DNA of 64,000 bases from Paraspadella gotoi. Taxonomy: Eukaryota; Animalia; Chaetognatha. The position numbers and the translations under genes are program-made. The first letter of the stretch is position 1; every line of letters starts with the position of its first letter. This document shows positions 35,295-49,486 of this stretch, piece after piece. The stretch is from NCBI GenBank assembly GCA_051294375.1, contig JBJCIZ010000028.1, forward strand, positions 930,437 through 994,436, read 5' to 3'. The notes beneath the pieces were generated by a model that worked only from the letters and a program-made list of their open reading frames with translations, searched no databases and was not told the DNA's origin.

Positions 35295-36115
35295 TTTGTT
35301 TGAAAATCGCTTCTCCAGCGTTATTTTTATGCGAGTTTAGAGCAAGAGCGAGAAAGAGAAAGAGAGATGGAGAAGGAAGGAGAGAAAGAGGGTACGAGAG
35401 TAAACAAAAAAATCTAGCAAGCAAGAAAGAAATAAACGATACGAATATATCAATTAATCACGTAAGCAATTAACTAGTTTCTTACCTTCATGGCCTTTAT
35501 TGCTTTATTGCTATCGTTTTATCAAAATCATTTTTTTCCCCCCATTTGTTATTTGTATCAAATTTTTTCAGTTAAAGTTCTTTGTTGAATGTTCAATCGC
35601 TAGTTTGTATCCTCTCTTCTCGCCCACCCCTACCCCCCTTCCACCACTCTATCCACCACTCTATCCACCAAGGCCTCGGCGCCCCCGTGGGTTCCCTCCT
35701 CATCGGCGACGCGGATCTCGTCTCCTTCGGCCTTCGACTCCGCAAGGTCTTGGGCGGCGGAATGCGGCAGGCGGGGGTCGTCGCCGCAGCGGGGGGAGAT
35801 CGCCTTCGACGCCGGACCCGAGAGGCTCGTTCGAGGATCATCGAAACGCCAAGGTGGGGGAGGGCTTTGGAGGGGTCTTGGACTCGAGGAAGAGTCGATC
35901 GGCGACCGCAAATTGTCTTTTCGGTTGGGCTTTGTTTTTAATGGGCATTGGCTCAGGAGGACTCGCCAATAGACCGATCTCCCTCTTCCTCTCCCTCTTG
36001 CCGGCAACCCCGCCAAGCCTGATTTCCAATGCTGGCGAGCAAAGCGAATATTGTTCATTATTCAATTCTAAATTAAAGAAAATTTGCAGCCTCCTTCTGC
36101 ACAGTGCCTACTTAA

Positions 36116-38068
36116 TCTCCGTCGACTACCGCCTCGCGCCCGGAGCACCTCTACCCGCGGGTCTCGACGACGTGAGCTCCGTCTACAAGTTCCTCGTCGA
36201 ACACGCCGCCAGCTACTTGATCGACGTGGAGAGGATCGTCGTCGGTGGAGACTCCGCTGGAGGTTGATGGGGGAGAGGAGTAGAGCGGATTTCGATTCGT
36301 TGGTGGATGGTAGGGGGATGTGTGTGTGTAGATAAGGTGCTTAAAACAGGCTGCGTATTGTAATACTTCTCACAGCCATATAAATAGGGTCGAGCATTTG
36401 AGAACCAAGCTTGGCAGGTCGCTACGACTCCCTCAAAACTGTCGTCGTCACGCTTATCGAAAGGGCTGGAATCGATTCGTCATTAAACCGTTGCCTTTTG
36501 GCCTCTTGGCCTTTTGGCCTCCATGAAACAAAGTGTCTCTAATTGCGGACGAACTTATGGGAAGAGAGTCAGAGGACCGGATTGAGAAGATTGATTTGCT
36601 ATGTGAGCCAAGCTTCGAATAAGTGTTGAATGGAAATGCAGGGGGGGGAGCATCTTGTTTTTTTCCCCGCGGGTTAATCTACGTTACTTTTTTTTTATTT
36701 CTGTAAATGGGGCTTTTTCAATTATCTCGACAGGAAATTTAGCGGCGGCTTTGTGCCTCAAACTCCGCGACGAAACGCGCGACGCCGCGCGGACGACGCG
36801 CTGCCCGTGCCTAAACTGCAGGTAAATAACGTCGAATTAATCTAAAATCAAATCATTGAAATCCAGTCTAATCAAAACTATCCATATGTAATCATCAAAA
36901 ATCAATTGATTAAAATCGATAGAAATCAAATCAACTTATCGAGTCAATCGAACTCGATCAAATCAAAATCAATGAAAATTAAACATCCAAATCAAATCGA
37001 ATTGATTATAATTATCAAATCAAATTAATTAAAATCAACCGAATCGAAGAAAAATCAATCCATCCCGACCTCTAAACCTCTAAACTTCCCATTCAGGTCC
37101 TGATTTACCCCGGCCTCCAATCGGCAGATTTCTCCACGCCCTCCTATTTGTCTTCCTCCGTGATGCTGTCCGAGAAGTCGTGACCGCGTATTTGGCCAAT
37201 TATCTCACCGGGTCGGAGGACGGTTACGAGGGAATCTTGAGGAGGAGGCACGTCTCGACCCGAAATGGTAAGAACGGAATCGTTATTAATGTCCCTCGAA
37301 ATATATAACCGAATGTCCTTCTTAAAATTTGTTTTTTTTTTAAAGTTGGACGGCCGCAATGATTATAAAATAAGTTTAGAAGGTCTATGGTTCAAGTTAT
37401 TTGGTGGAATATTACTTAGCCTTAACTTTTATTTATACAAAGTAATTTTCTAAAAAATGTCATTATTAATATTAATTACTGAAAATATAATATTTGATAA
37501 GCTGTTGCAAATTGTTCCAGAAACCTCGAAAAATCAACGTGAATCATACTTCGAAACGTAGACAAATTATACATATAATATATATATATATATATTATAA
37601 TTATTTTCTAAATTTATACACAGCTACATGCAAATAAGATTTGTTAACATGCATTTTTTTCTCTCCTCATCCACCCAGGCGTCGCCTGAGCAAAAAAACA
37701 CCCTCAATCCCACTTGATCCCGGAAACTCTCAAGGCCGGCTACGTCCCGGCCGACGACGAGACACTACGACCCGGAATTCGCCGCCAATGTTAGAGAGGG
37801 CGGTGAAAGACCCTTTACATCTCGCCGCTTCTGGCCGAGAGTGTCGAAAACCTCCCCGCCGCTTACTCATACGCCTGTCAGTACGATCATCTCAGGGACG
37901 ACGCCATATTTTAGCGCGCGGCGCCTCCGCGCAGCAGCCAGTACCCGCGGAGCTGCGCGTCGTATGCGAGGAGCGTGGCACGGGATCATGTACAAGACGA
38001 ACTTGGTCAAATGAAAGGCGGCGAGTCATTTCCGACGATTGACGCAATATTTTGGCGGAGAACGTTTG
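36116..38068 (+). other. Partial redundant copy of esterase exons 3-6
   Basis: Begins mid-exon at SVDYRLAP; frameshifted relative to 25811-27749. Confidence 0.8.
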
Positions 38069-38391
38069 AAAGAGAGATAGAGAGACAAGACAGATTAAAA
38101 ACGATATTCTTCACTTTCCGATTCTTTGGAGGTTGTGCCTTTTTATATCTTTACCTTTTTTTTCTCAAATTTTCTTAACACTGCCACTCAAAATTGTGAT
38201 CGGTTTTATTTTACCAAAATTTTTCTTCTGTTCGAACTGGGTTTTTTTGATTATTCAATCAAAATCTATAGTTTTTTTTTATCACGCTTACAGTTGATGT
38301 CACTAACATTGAATCAATTTACTGTCGAAAAACCCTGTAGACATTCTACAGCGCGTTTTTTCCCCAGGGGAATGATCCACTGGCTCCCACG

Positions 38392-40604
38392 ATGGCGTTG
38401 AAATCTAGAAGACGGGGCGAAGCTTCGCTCGATTCTATCGGCAGGACGCGGCTCTGCAATACGGCGCCGGCGCCGTAGGGCAGCGCTTCGTCAATCTGCG
38501 GAGCGACACTGGCGAGTTTGAAAATGGGGTTGGGATGGATTTGGGATGAATAAATATTTACTTATTTGTTTATTTAGATATTTAGATATTGTGGACGCAA
38601 CAAGTTTCAGAAGTAAGAACTCGTTGCGTCCAAATATATATTTTTTTTTGTTTATTTGTTTATTATTTATTCGCTTTAGTATTTAGTCGTTTATTTGTTT
38701 ATTTAAAATTTTGTATTAATGAATCTACTTCCTCCAACAAACCAAACCAAACCAACTCCTCCTCCAGTGACTCGTCCGTCGGCCTCGATGCGGGCGTCGA
38801 TGGCGGCGGCGGAAGTCGCGACCGACGTCTACGGCGAAGACCCGACGGTGCAGCGGCTGCAGCGGAAAGCCGCAGCCGTCTTCGGCAAAGAGGCCGCGCT
38901 CTTCGTCCCGAGCCGGTGGAGTTTTTTGCGTCGAAGGGGGATGATAAGAGCGGGGGTTCCCTTTGTCCTGAGATTCGATCATGTTTCATTGGCAGAGAGA
39001 GAGAGAGAGAAAGAGAGAGTTTGAGTGTGTGCGTGCATGTTCGTGTGCTGTAATATACATGTAGGCCTGCTTCATTTCGATTACGATACCGCTGAAGCAA
39101 CAGGTGTAACTGTTTAGTAAAGTAATTGGTGACAAAATTTGGTTTATTTCTCCTCATCTTTCCAAATCTCTTCATCATGTGGCTGTCGCCACTAGCGTTC
39201 AGTTGATCAGATGGCTGTTGACCGGAAACAGAGTTGACGTTGCGCGTTCGTCATTGGAAAATCAGTTTATTTAATTGTTTATCATAAAAACAATCATTTT
39301 ATCAGTTATGTTATTTTTGACTTTTATATCTTTTGTTTTTAATTGAATGACGAATGATTAGCCTCTGGTCGTCTGTCCGTTGGTTTTTTGCATATATTAT
39401 TGATTAACTAACTACCAAAAGTTATTAATATTTCATACGTATCCGAGATTCGAAAGGTAATTTATAGAAAATCGATACCGACCACGACATGCAGATAGCA
39501 TATTACAGAATTTTACAAAGAGAGCGAAGTATGCATCGGAGTCTCCAACGGCGCCCAGCGAATTCAGGAGCGTCAAGCGGACGGCGCCTTCGATGTCGCG
39601 CACGAATTTTATCCCGACATTTATTCTTGTATCTTTTCAGTCCGCCTTTCCCCTCCAACGTTTCCCACCTCTTTTCTCCCTCTTACTTACCTCATGACGC
39701 TGACACACACACCCACTTGGATTTTAAAAACTAAAAAGGTAAGCGATGAGCACACCTGATCGCCGTCATGTCCCACTGTCGCTCGCGGGGACAAGAGATA
39801 ATCGTCGGTCACAAGTCTCACCTCTATCTCTAACGAACAAGGCGGCGCCGCTCAGATCGCCGGTCCATCCGCGCGCCGTCCGGAACGCCGAGGACGGCAC
39901 GTTGGATCTGGAGGAAGTGAGAGCTGCCGTCAGGGAAGACGGATCCGCACTATCCCAGGTTAATTGTATGTTTGGTTAACATTTGTCACCTTTTTCGTTT
40001 CTATCGAAAAACGTTGTCATGGTTACTTCTTTCGTCTGTAGTTTTCTATCAGGTCGGAAATCTGGGTGAGATGGGAGTAGGCCACGTTTATAAGCTTTAA
40101 TATCACTTGTTACCACGTACCGGATTAATTTAATCAATGAGACAATGAAAGAAATCTCCTTCTGTTTTCTGGCCATCGATCGCTTCGTGATTTTTTTCAA
40201 TTTTCCTTTCCGTTTTTTCTCGGCGCCGGAATCCGAAACTTCCTTGGTTCCGGCCGTTCAGAGAAACGGACGGATCAGCTCTCGCGGAAAGAGAAATCCT
40301 TTTTAAATTAAGCGACTTCAGGCGGTTCTGATTTCAAACACTTGCGATCACGGCAATATGCAAATTTATTTTTTTTTCGTTTCGAATTTGAATAGATTCC
40401 CCTTTGACGATTTAAGAAATTTTTTGATATTGTAAGGTAAAAAAAACATATCCAATAGCATTACTGTGGTTTTCCTTGGGGAGTGGGGTCAAACATTGAG
40501 TTTTAAATTTTTCTCCGAATAAGACGAGAAGATTGAAGAAAGCTCTCGCCGCGTAAGATTGATCTCATCGTCATAACCTCAACTTTTTCCGGTGAATCGC
40601 GTGT

Positions 40605-40673
<69 letters not shown>

Positions 40674-40946
40674 TCTTCCTTCTTCTCGCTCTCTCTCTCC
40701 AAACGGCCAAAGACCCCATTCGCGCCAGATCCCGCCTCCTCTGCTGGAGAAACACTCACAACGCCTGCGGCCGGCCGCGTCCTCTCGCACCGGCGTTCTT
40801 GGCGGAGGCGGCGGCGGTGGCGCGCGAGGCCGGACTACGCGTTCACTTGGACGGAGCGAGACTCTTCAACGCGTTGCCGAATACGAGGAGGACGCTCCGT
40901 CGGTGGCGAGGCACTTTGACTCATCAGCATCTGCTTGTCAAAGGGT

Positions 40947-41004
<58 letters not shown>

Positions 41005-42102
41005 CGTTGTTTGAAAATCGCTTCTCCAGCGTTATTTTTTATTGCGAGTTTAGAGCAAGAGCGAGAAAGAGAAAGAGAGATGGAGAAGGAAGGAGAGAAA
41101 GAGGGTACGAGAGTAAACAAAAAAATCTAGCAAGTCAAGAAAGAAATAAACGATTACGAATATATCAATTAAGTCACGTAAGCAATTAACTAGTTTCTTA
41201 CCTCATGGCCTTTATGTGCTTTATTGCTATCGTTTTATCAAATCATTTTTTTCCCCCATTTGTTATTTGTATCAAAATTTTTTCAGTTAAAGTTCTTTGT
41301 TGAATGTTCAATCGCTAGTTTGTATCCTCTCTTCTCGCCCACCCCTACCCCCCTTCCACCACTCTATCCACCACTCTATCCACCAAGGCCTCGGCGCCCC
41401 CGTGGGTTCCCTCCTCATCGGCGACGCGGATCTCGTCTCCTTCGGCCTTCGACTCCGCAAGGTCTTGGGCGGCGGAATGCGGCAGGCGGGGGTCGTCGCC
41501 GCAGCGGGGAGATCGCCTTCGACGCCGGACCCGAGAGGCTCGTCGAGGATCATCGAAACGCCAAGGTGGGGGGAGGGCTTTGGAGGGGGTCTTGGACTCG
41601 AGGGAAGAGTCGATCGGCGACCGCAAATTGTCTTTTCGGTTGGGCTTTGTTTTTAATGGGCATTGGCTCAGGAGGACCTCGCCAATAGACCGATCTCCCT
41701 CTTCCTCTCCCTCTTGCCGGCAACCCCGCCAAGCCTGATTTCCAATGCTGGCGAGCAAAGCGAATATTGTTCATTATTCAATTCTAAATTAAAGAAAATT
41801 TGCAGCCTCCTTCTGCACAGTGCCTACTTAAGTTTCTGGTGATTTACCTCCAGATCATCGCCTACGCCGTCGCTTCTCTCTCTTCCCCTCTCCTCACCAT
41901 CGATCCTCGATCCGTCGAGTCCAACATCGTCATCTGCAAAGTGAACAAGTCGCTCGTCACTCCGGCAGAGATCTCTGCGCGACTCGAAGCCGTCTCGGGA
42001 CCCGACGAGGTTTCCTTGTTTGCTTTTTTCTGTCGCTGTTTCGCTCTTTCTTTTGCTGTCTAGATCTCTATTGTCAACTCGCTGTCATCTCTCTCTCTCT
42101 CT

Positions 42103-42153
<51 letters not shown>

Positions 42154-42584
42154 TTTCTCTCTCTGTGAGTGTGTCCCATTTTCCCTCTCTCTTTGTTTCT
42201 CTTTTCTTTCTTTCTTTTTTTCTCACTCCAACTTTCTTTCTTCCCCTCCCTCTCTCCCTCACAACAAATCCTCACACCCATTGTGGTTCATTTCAAATGA
42301 GTTCTTCATATCTTTTGATACGTTTTTCATAGGAGTCTTATTTTACTATTTCAGCCATAGGGTTTGATAATAATTTAGTTTTCCAATTAATATTCAAAGA
42401 TTTCATCTCCAGCTGGCCGTCCTCATCAGCGGTATGTCGGCCACCGACGTCCGCTTCGTGACCCACGTGGNNNNNNNNNNNNNNNNNNNNNNNNNACGTC
42501 TCTCGCGAAGACGTCGTCGCCGCCGCGGAAAAGATCAAACGCGTCGTCCGCCAGCTGGAGAAAGAGAAGAAGGTCGGGGGATAA
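38392..42584 (+). other. Redundant copy of the threonine aldolase gene (indel-rich)
   Basis: Same exon structure as 28066-32212; stop codon is TAA instead of TGA. Confidence 0.8.
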
Positions 42585-43074
42585 AATTATTGGATCTATT
42601 TGGACCCATATGGACCCTTTTGGACCCTTTTCTCGCGCGAGCCTTTAATTCCCCCGATTACGTTGTGTCAGCAAAGGAAGAAGAGGGTCGTCTTAACAAT
42701 CCTCTTTTACAAAATCTTGGCTAATTACTTTCGTACGTTTTTTTACTCGTTGATTTTTTAAATTATTACTTGGCTTATGAATGTTTTAATCATTGCTTAA
42801 TTTAAAAAAAAAAGATTTTCTCACAAATTACAACGATATTTTTTATTGTTATATCTCTTGCGAGGTATCAAGTTATCAGTTGTTAAATACTCTGTCGTAA
42901 TTCATTGTTGATTTTGTTTCAGACTCTCTCCCTCTCTCCCATTCATGGTTAAGCGATATTTCGAAAAAAAAAAGGAAAAACAATTCCCCCTAACATACAA
43001 TATTTAAAAAAAAACAAAAAAAACAACAGTTTTAAATTAATGATCGAGCGTCGACTTTAAAAAAAAAAAGAAGG

Positions 43075-46000
43075 ATGAAGATCTTCTGTCACCCTTCTTC
43101 TCCGAATTCTTTGAAACTGGTGATCGCCCGCGAGATCGGCGCCGTATCTCGCGCCGCGCCGGAGGTGGCGCTCGAGTCGGTTCACCCGGCGTCGCGCATC
43201 GTGCCTTACCTCAGAGAACCCCGGCTGCCGATTTTAGAACTCGACGATGGGCAGGTGAGGTTATGTTAAAATGTTAAATGAATTTTAAATGTATTTTAAC
43301 TGAATCAGATAATTTCAAGGCTGATAAAATGTGAAAATAATTTATAACCGGGAAATTTGGTTTCACGGACTAAGTTTTAAAATCGTATCTAATTTTTAAA
43401 AGTTTTGACTCTTTGTCAATAAAATACTTTAAATCGCGATTAAAAATGTTAATAAATTTTTCGATCATTGAAAAAAAAAAAAGAAAACTTTAAGGCGGAC
43501 CAAAGCTCAGTTTCGCAACTTACAAATTGAATTCTGGAATCACTTTTTTCCTGCCCCTCCAGTTTCTCTTCTGCGAGAACGCGGCCTGCGCCTACTTGTT
43601 CCGGAAGTCGGGCGAGGCGCCGCTTGACAGAGAGGCCGAGGCTCAACTGGACTTTTGGTTGGAGTGGGAGGCAACGACGTTGAGGAAAAGCTTGGACGAT
43701 GGTGAGGGTTGTTGAGATATACTTTTAAAAATAATGTTTCTCTCTCTCTCTCCTTTTTTCTTTCGGTTTTATTCTTAGTCAGTAGTCACCCCCTTCCATC
43801 AGGATGTCTTCAACCTTCTCACCCCCCCCCTCCCCCCATAATTAATCCCCCCCCACTTTCCAGCCGCCACACTCCCCGCCCTCCTAACCGGCTGGACTCT
43901 GCTCTCTCCTCCACCCACCTCGTCCCTTCCTCCGGCCTCACCGCCGCCGACGTCGTCATTTGGGTCACTCTACTTCCGGTTCTCGGCGCCGCCGGAGACG
44001 ATTCCGCCGCCGGACGCCGCTTGGAAAATCTCGATCGGTGGTTTCGAAGGCTGGAAGCTCAACCCGCGTTTCGGGTGAGGCTGGGAAAGAAAGATAGAGA
44101 GAGAGAGATTTGCGACCAACTAACATCTCATTTGCATATTGTAGTAATTTGATTAAATTCAAATTATATAAGTCTTTTGAAAATGTTAATTTAGGATGAA
44201 TGTTACTATATAAAGAGTTTTATTTGTTAGGTGGTTTTTATGCGTATTTGGCTTTTCTTGGCATTAGTAATCGAAATATATTTTAAAAACCTTTTTAGCG
44301 TTTGATTTTAGTTAATTTAAATAAATAGACGATATCGAAACTATGCGCATATGATAAGAGTTATTTTATTGTGTCAAGCAAAGGATGTAATACATAGTTG
44401 TGCCTTGTTATTTCTTATTAATAATTTCCATCAGCAANNNNNNNNNNTTAATTTAAATAAATAAACGATATCGAAACTATGCGCATTGATAAGAGTTATT
44501 TTATTGTGTCAAGCAATTGATGTAATACATAGTTGTTCCTTGTTATTTCTTATTAATAATTTCCATCAGCAATCAATGTTAATTTCAATAATGACATCAA
44601 TATAATAATCTCATCAGATCGCGATTGATAAGTTATCGTCGGCGCCTCGACCTTCCCGACCGTACAACGTCCTCGAGGGGAAGTTTGAGGAGGATCGAGA
44701 GAAGACGACGACAAAAACGACGACGAAGACGACTGCAACTGGCGGTAGGGTCGCTCCACGACGGCGGAAGTCGTTTTAATTTCATTTCGTTGTCGTTTCG
44801 CTTTCAGGCCAAAAAGTCAACTCTAACGAAACCACGACCCCTAGAGCGGCGGAGGAAGCCAAGTTCGAACTGACACCAGTGACCCCCGGTAACTAACTTT
44901 CGAATACAAAGATTAAACATTGAACGAACGTTTAAAAAGAATTCCCAAACCCCTTTCGAAAGAGCGCGCGGATTCGGTGTTGGCCTCGTGGCAACCGACC
45001 TGCAGTCACCCCGATCCTCCGGCACCGACGCCGTTGAAGACTCGCGTCCACCCGATCCTGCCGGAGAAGGGAAAGAGGAACATTCTCATCACGTCCGCTT
45101 TGCCTTACGTCAACAACGTGCCTCACTTGGGGAACATTATCGGTAAGTTGGGGGGGGAGATGGAAATGAGGATTGGGGAGAGAAGGGGGGAGGAGTTCGG
45201 GGAATTTGAAAAAAGATTTGGAGATCGTTAAAAGTTTGTCACGATGGCTGCGGTTACGTAAAATCCTTTGATCTCATTTGCATATCGACGCGTTTGCAAG
45301 TTTTTTTTTTATACAAATTTATACAAATTTTGTTTTGGAGAAGCGATTGTTTTTGTATTTTTGTTAAATCATGAAAAATAACTTCGAAACCCAAGTAACC
45401 TAAATCATAGCCTTTGACGAACTTTGGGGGAAACATTTCGGTATATGTCGTTCAGTCTTTGTCTTCTCGCCTCATATCTTAGCAATAGTCGGAATGCCCT
45501 ATGTTGCAGTATCGGGAGTATATGAAATTGTCTCAACATCCCTTGCCCACCACCCTCAACTCCTTCAGGCTGCGTCCTCAGCGCCGACGTCTTTTCCCGC
45601 TATTGTCGACTCACCAACGAAAACGTCTTGTTCGTCTGCGGGACGGACGAGTACGGCACGGCCACGGAGACCAAGGCGTTGGAGGAGGGTAAGTCATCAC
45701 CGGCTCTTGGGTCAGGGCGGAAGAGAACTCACCTTTCTCTCTCTCTCAAGGTCTGACCCCTCGCGAGATTTGCGACAAGTACAACGCCATCCACGCCTCC
45801 ATCTACGATTGGTTCAACGTGGGATTCGATCACTTTGGACGGACGACGACGGAGAAACAGACGGACATCGCGCAGGACATCTTTTGGAGGCTTCACGGGG
45901 AAGGACTCGTGCTCAAGGAGGCCGTGGATCAGCTTCATTGCGGAAGATGCGATAAGTGAGGATGTGGAAATATATGTAACGTTATATTAAACGAAACTCT

Positions 46001-48822
46001 TTCCAACGATATATTATCTATTTCTTTAATAATTAAGCTAGCTTGCTCCTGATTTATAGTGTATGCCTTTCATCCCTCCTACATTGGAATACATGATTTT
46101 TTTAAATTCTTCAAATTTTACAATGTTTAGCGCCTCTTTTTTTGGGTATCAATTTTTGATTCTTTCTTTTGTTTCTGTCTCTCTCTCTCTCTCCCTCCCT
46201 CCTCTCTCTCGCTCTCCTTCTCTCTTTCTCTCCCTCATCCCCCCCCTCCCTCCCCAGATTCCTGGCGGACCGTTTCGTGGAAGGGGTGTGCCCTTTCCCC
46301 GGTTGCGGGTTCGAGGACGCGCGCGGAGATCAGTGCGACAAATGCGGGAAGCTCATCAACGCCACTGAGCTCAAGTCGCCGAGGTGAGGGGAGGGGGGGT
46401 GATATTGTTTTCTTTTAGCAATATTAATACTACATAGTATTGGAGGGAAAATTCGTTTCTCATTTAGTTTATTAGAATGGTTAAGGAGAGATTAGCCAAT
46501 AATACGAAGTGAATGCGATTAAGGGTCGTTGGTCGAAAAAGAGATCGGGCAAAGGATTGCGCGGGCGAAGATCGAAAATGAGGGATTTTTGTCTCGGTTT
46601 CTAATTAAGTTATATAGTTTTATAGAACGTTTTAATGCTCACGTCTTTTGTCAGTCTTAATTCATTCCGTTCGTCTCAACAAAATAATCGATCAGCTGAA
46701 CTTTAATCGAACATAAGAACAACGAAATCCTCGGCTTCTCTCTTTCAGATCCTTCGTTAGTTTTAAATAGAAAAACAAGATTCACGAATTTTAATAAAAC
46801 TTAACAGATTCTCCTCGATCATTGAGTTTTCCCGACCGTTGTCATAATTTAATGCGCTTTATAATTAAATAAATTAATATTAAATCCAAATTAAATTAAA
46901 ATGAAAAAAAATATTTGAATCTTCCTCAGATGCAAGATCTGCAACGAGACTCCGTCCATCAAAACCTCGAATCATTTGTTCCTCGATCTTCCGAATCTCG
47001 CCGCCCGATTGGAGGAACATCTCGACGGCGTCTTCAGAGACGGTCGGTAGAGCCATTTGTGGTCCATGTGGTTGATGGAGTCGTGGGTTTTGTCGTTTAG
47101 TGGGTTAGGGTTTCCCGTTTTTTATGTTCCGGTGGTTATTTAAATTTGGCGGTTGTACCTATGTGTTGTTTTGATTATATCTGGGGCCCCACACTGTGGT
47201 AGCGGTTCTTCTTGTAGTCGTGGTTCAAGTCTCGTCCCTTCCACCCTCTCATAGGCTTGTGGACGTCGAACGCCAAGTTGATCACGAAGTCGTGGCTCCG
47301 CGACGGACTCAAACCAAGATGCATCACGAGGGACTTGAAGTGGGGGACTCCCGTTCCGCTAGAGGGATATCGGGACAAAGGTGAGTTAATGGAATTTTCT
47401 CTCTGGTGCTTCTCTCACCTTTTTCTCACCCGCGTTTGTAGTAGAATTCATTCGTCTCCTTGTTCATCAGTCCAACCGTGAGTCTATCAGTTTGTCTATC
47501 AGTACGTCCATCTGCCAATCGGACCCACAATCCGTCCGTCTATCCGTTAGTTTCACAAACAGTCCCTCTATCATTTTCTTCACCTTCTTCCCTCCATCCA
47601 TCTCCCCTCCAGTCTTCTACGTCTGGTTCGACGCTCCGATTGGCTACCTCAGCATCACCGCCAACTACACCGACCAATGGGAGGCCTGGTGGAAGAATCC
47701 CAAACAGGTCGAGCTCTTCCAGTTCATGGCCAAAGACAACATTTCATTCCGTCATCTTTCCGGCTTCGCAGGTAGAAAAATTAGTACGAAAAATTCCTAG
47801 GGATGGTTGTGCTATTTCTGTTCAAACACCAACTCTTCCAAAAACTTCATAACTTCTAAACCAACTCATTTTTTAGAAATTCTCTCTCTCTACTAATTTT
47901 GGACTGTAAAATAGACGATAAAAGCCGAGAGATACTTGAAGTTTTCTGTGACCCTTCTACTTCCACCAAAAACGCTTTAATCACCAACCACAAGTCCAAC
48001 TATAACCCCCCTTAATCGACGATAACCACAAGTCAGCAACCCACAAGTCATTCCTTTCTCCACTCGATCTTCTCTCCGCAGATTGGCGCTAACGACGGCT
48101 ACACTCTGGTCAACCACCTCGTCGCCACAGAGTATCTCAACTACGAAGACGGGAAGTTCTCCAAATCGCGAGGAGTTGGAGTCTTCGGCAACGACGCCAA
48201 GGACACGGGTGAGCGCATTCCCAGTTTTATTTTTATTTTTTTTATTGGTTCGCAGTGTCTCTTGCATCGTATGATATATCATAATTATCATTATCATATC
48301 TCCCTCTTCTCTTTTATTGACTCTTATTCTCTTCTATTTTCTATCTTTTCTTTTCTCCCTTTCCTAATTCTTCTCCTCTTTCTTATCTCTCCTGCTCTTT
48401 CATTTATCTTACCTTATAAACATCCACCACGCTCCCCAACTGCCTCTTCAGGCATACCCGCAGACGTCTGGCGTTTCTACCTCCTCTTCGTTCGACCCGA
48501 GAGTCAAGACTCCGCCTTCAACTGGGTCGACTTCGCGACGAAGAATAACTCGGAGTTGCTCAACAATCTCGGTGACATTCGACGATCCTTTCCCATCTCC
48601 CCAGATGATATCTCTTTCTCTTTACTCAATTTCTCACTCTATCTCCACCCTTTCCAGGCAACTTCCTCAACAGGCCTTACCCTTTCATCGTCTCCAAATT
48701 CTCTGGCGTCGTCCCCGCCTGTCGCCTGACGGAGGAAGACGTCGCCTTTATCGCCGCCGTCGACGACGAACTCCGGGTCTACCACGACCACCTCGCCGGC
48801 GTCAGGCTGCGGGACGGGATCA

Positions 48823-48882
<60 letters not shown>

Positions 48883-49451
48883 TCTGAAATATGAGTTGGT
48901 TTAGAAGTTTGGAAGTTCTCGTGTTTGAACAGAGATACCACACCATCCCTAATGTTTATTTCAAATATATTTATAATAATGAAACGAGCTAAATATTTCT
49001 TCTCAGATCCATCCTGGCCATCTCCTCCCTCGGCAACAAATACATCCAATTCCATCAACCTTGGAAACTTCTCAAGTCTCCCTCCACCGCCGCCCGCGCC
49101 GCCACCGTCGTCGCCGTCGCCGCCAATCTCGGCTGCCTCCTCGGCCTCCTCCTCGGACCCTACATGCCGGAGACCAGTCGGACGATCCTCTCCACGATCG
49201 TCGCTCTGGACGAGAAGCTCGAGATTCCGGGGAGATTCGTGCCGCTGCTCAAGGAAGGTCACGCCATCGGGACGCCGCAGCCGCTCTTCAAGAAAATCGA
49301 GCCAGAGTTGGTGGAGGAGCTGAAGGCGAGATTCGCCGGGCGGCAGGCGTCGCGGTCGCCGTCGAAGGCGTCGTCGCCGGCGTCGGCCGCGGATGTGGAG
49401 GCGGCCAAGGCGGACGTTGCGAAGCAAGGGGAGATCGTGCGGGAGTTAAAG

Positions 49452-49486
<35 letters not shown>

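Larger units (their letters stand above)
35068..45536. repeat. Redundant block: 35068-36114 repeats ~30440-31470, and 36116-45536 repeats 25811-35042 (uncollapsed haplotype or gap-fill duplication)
   Basis: Near-identical including introns, with homopolymer-type indels and N gaps at 35043, 42471 and 44438. Confidence 0.85.

Noticed and set aside
35500-36267. 255-aa ORF fusing aldolase-region sequence to esterase exon 3
   Set aside because: Reads through intron sequence across the duplication junction at 36115; not a credible fusion gene
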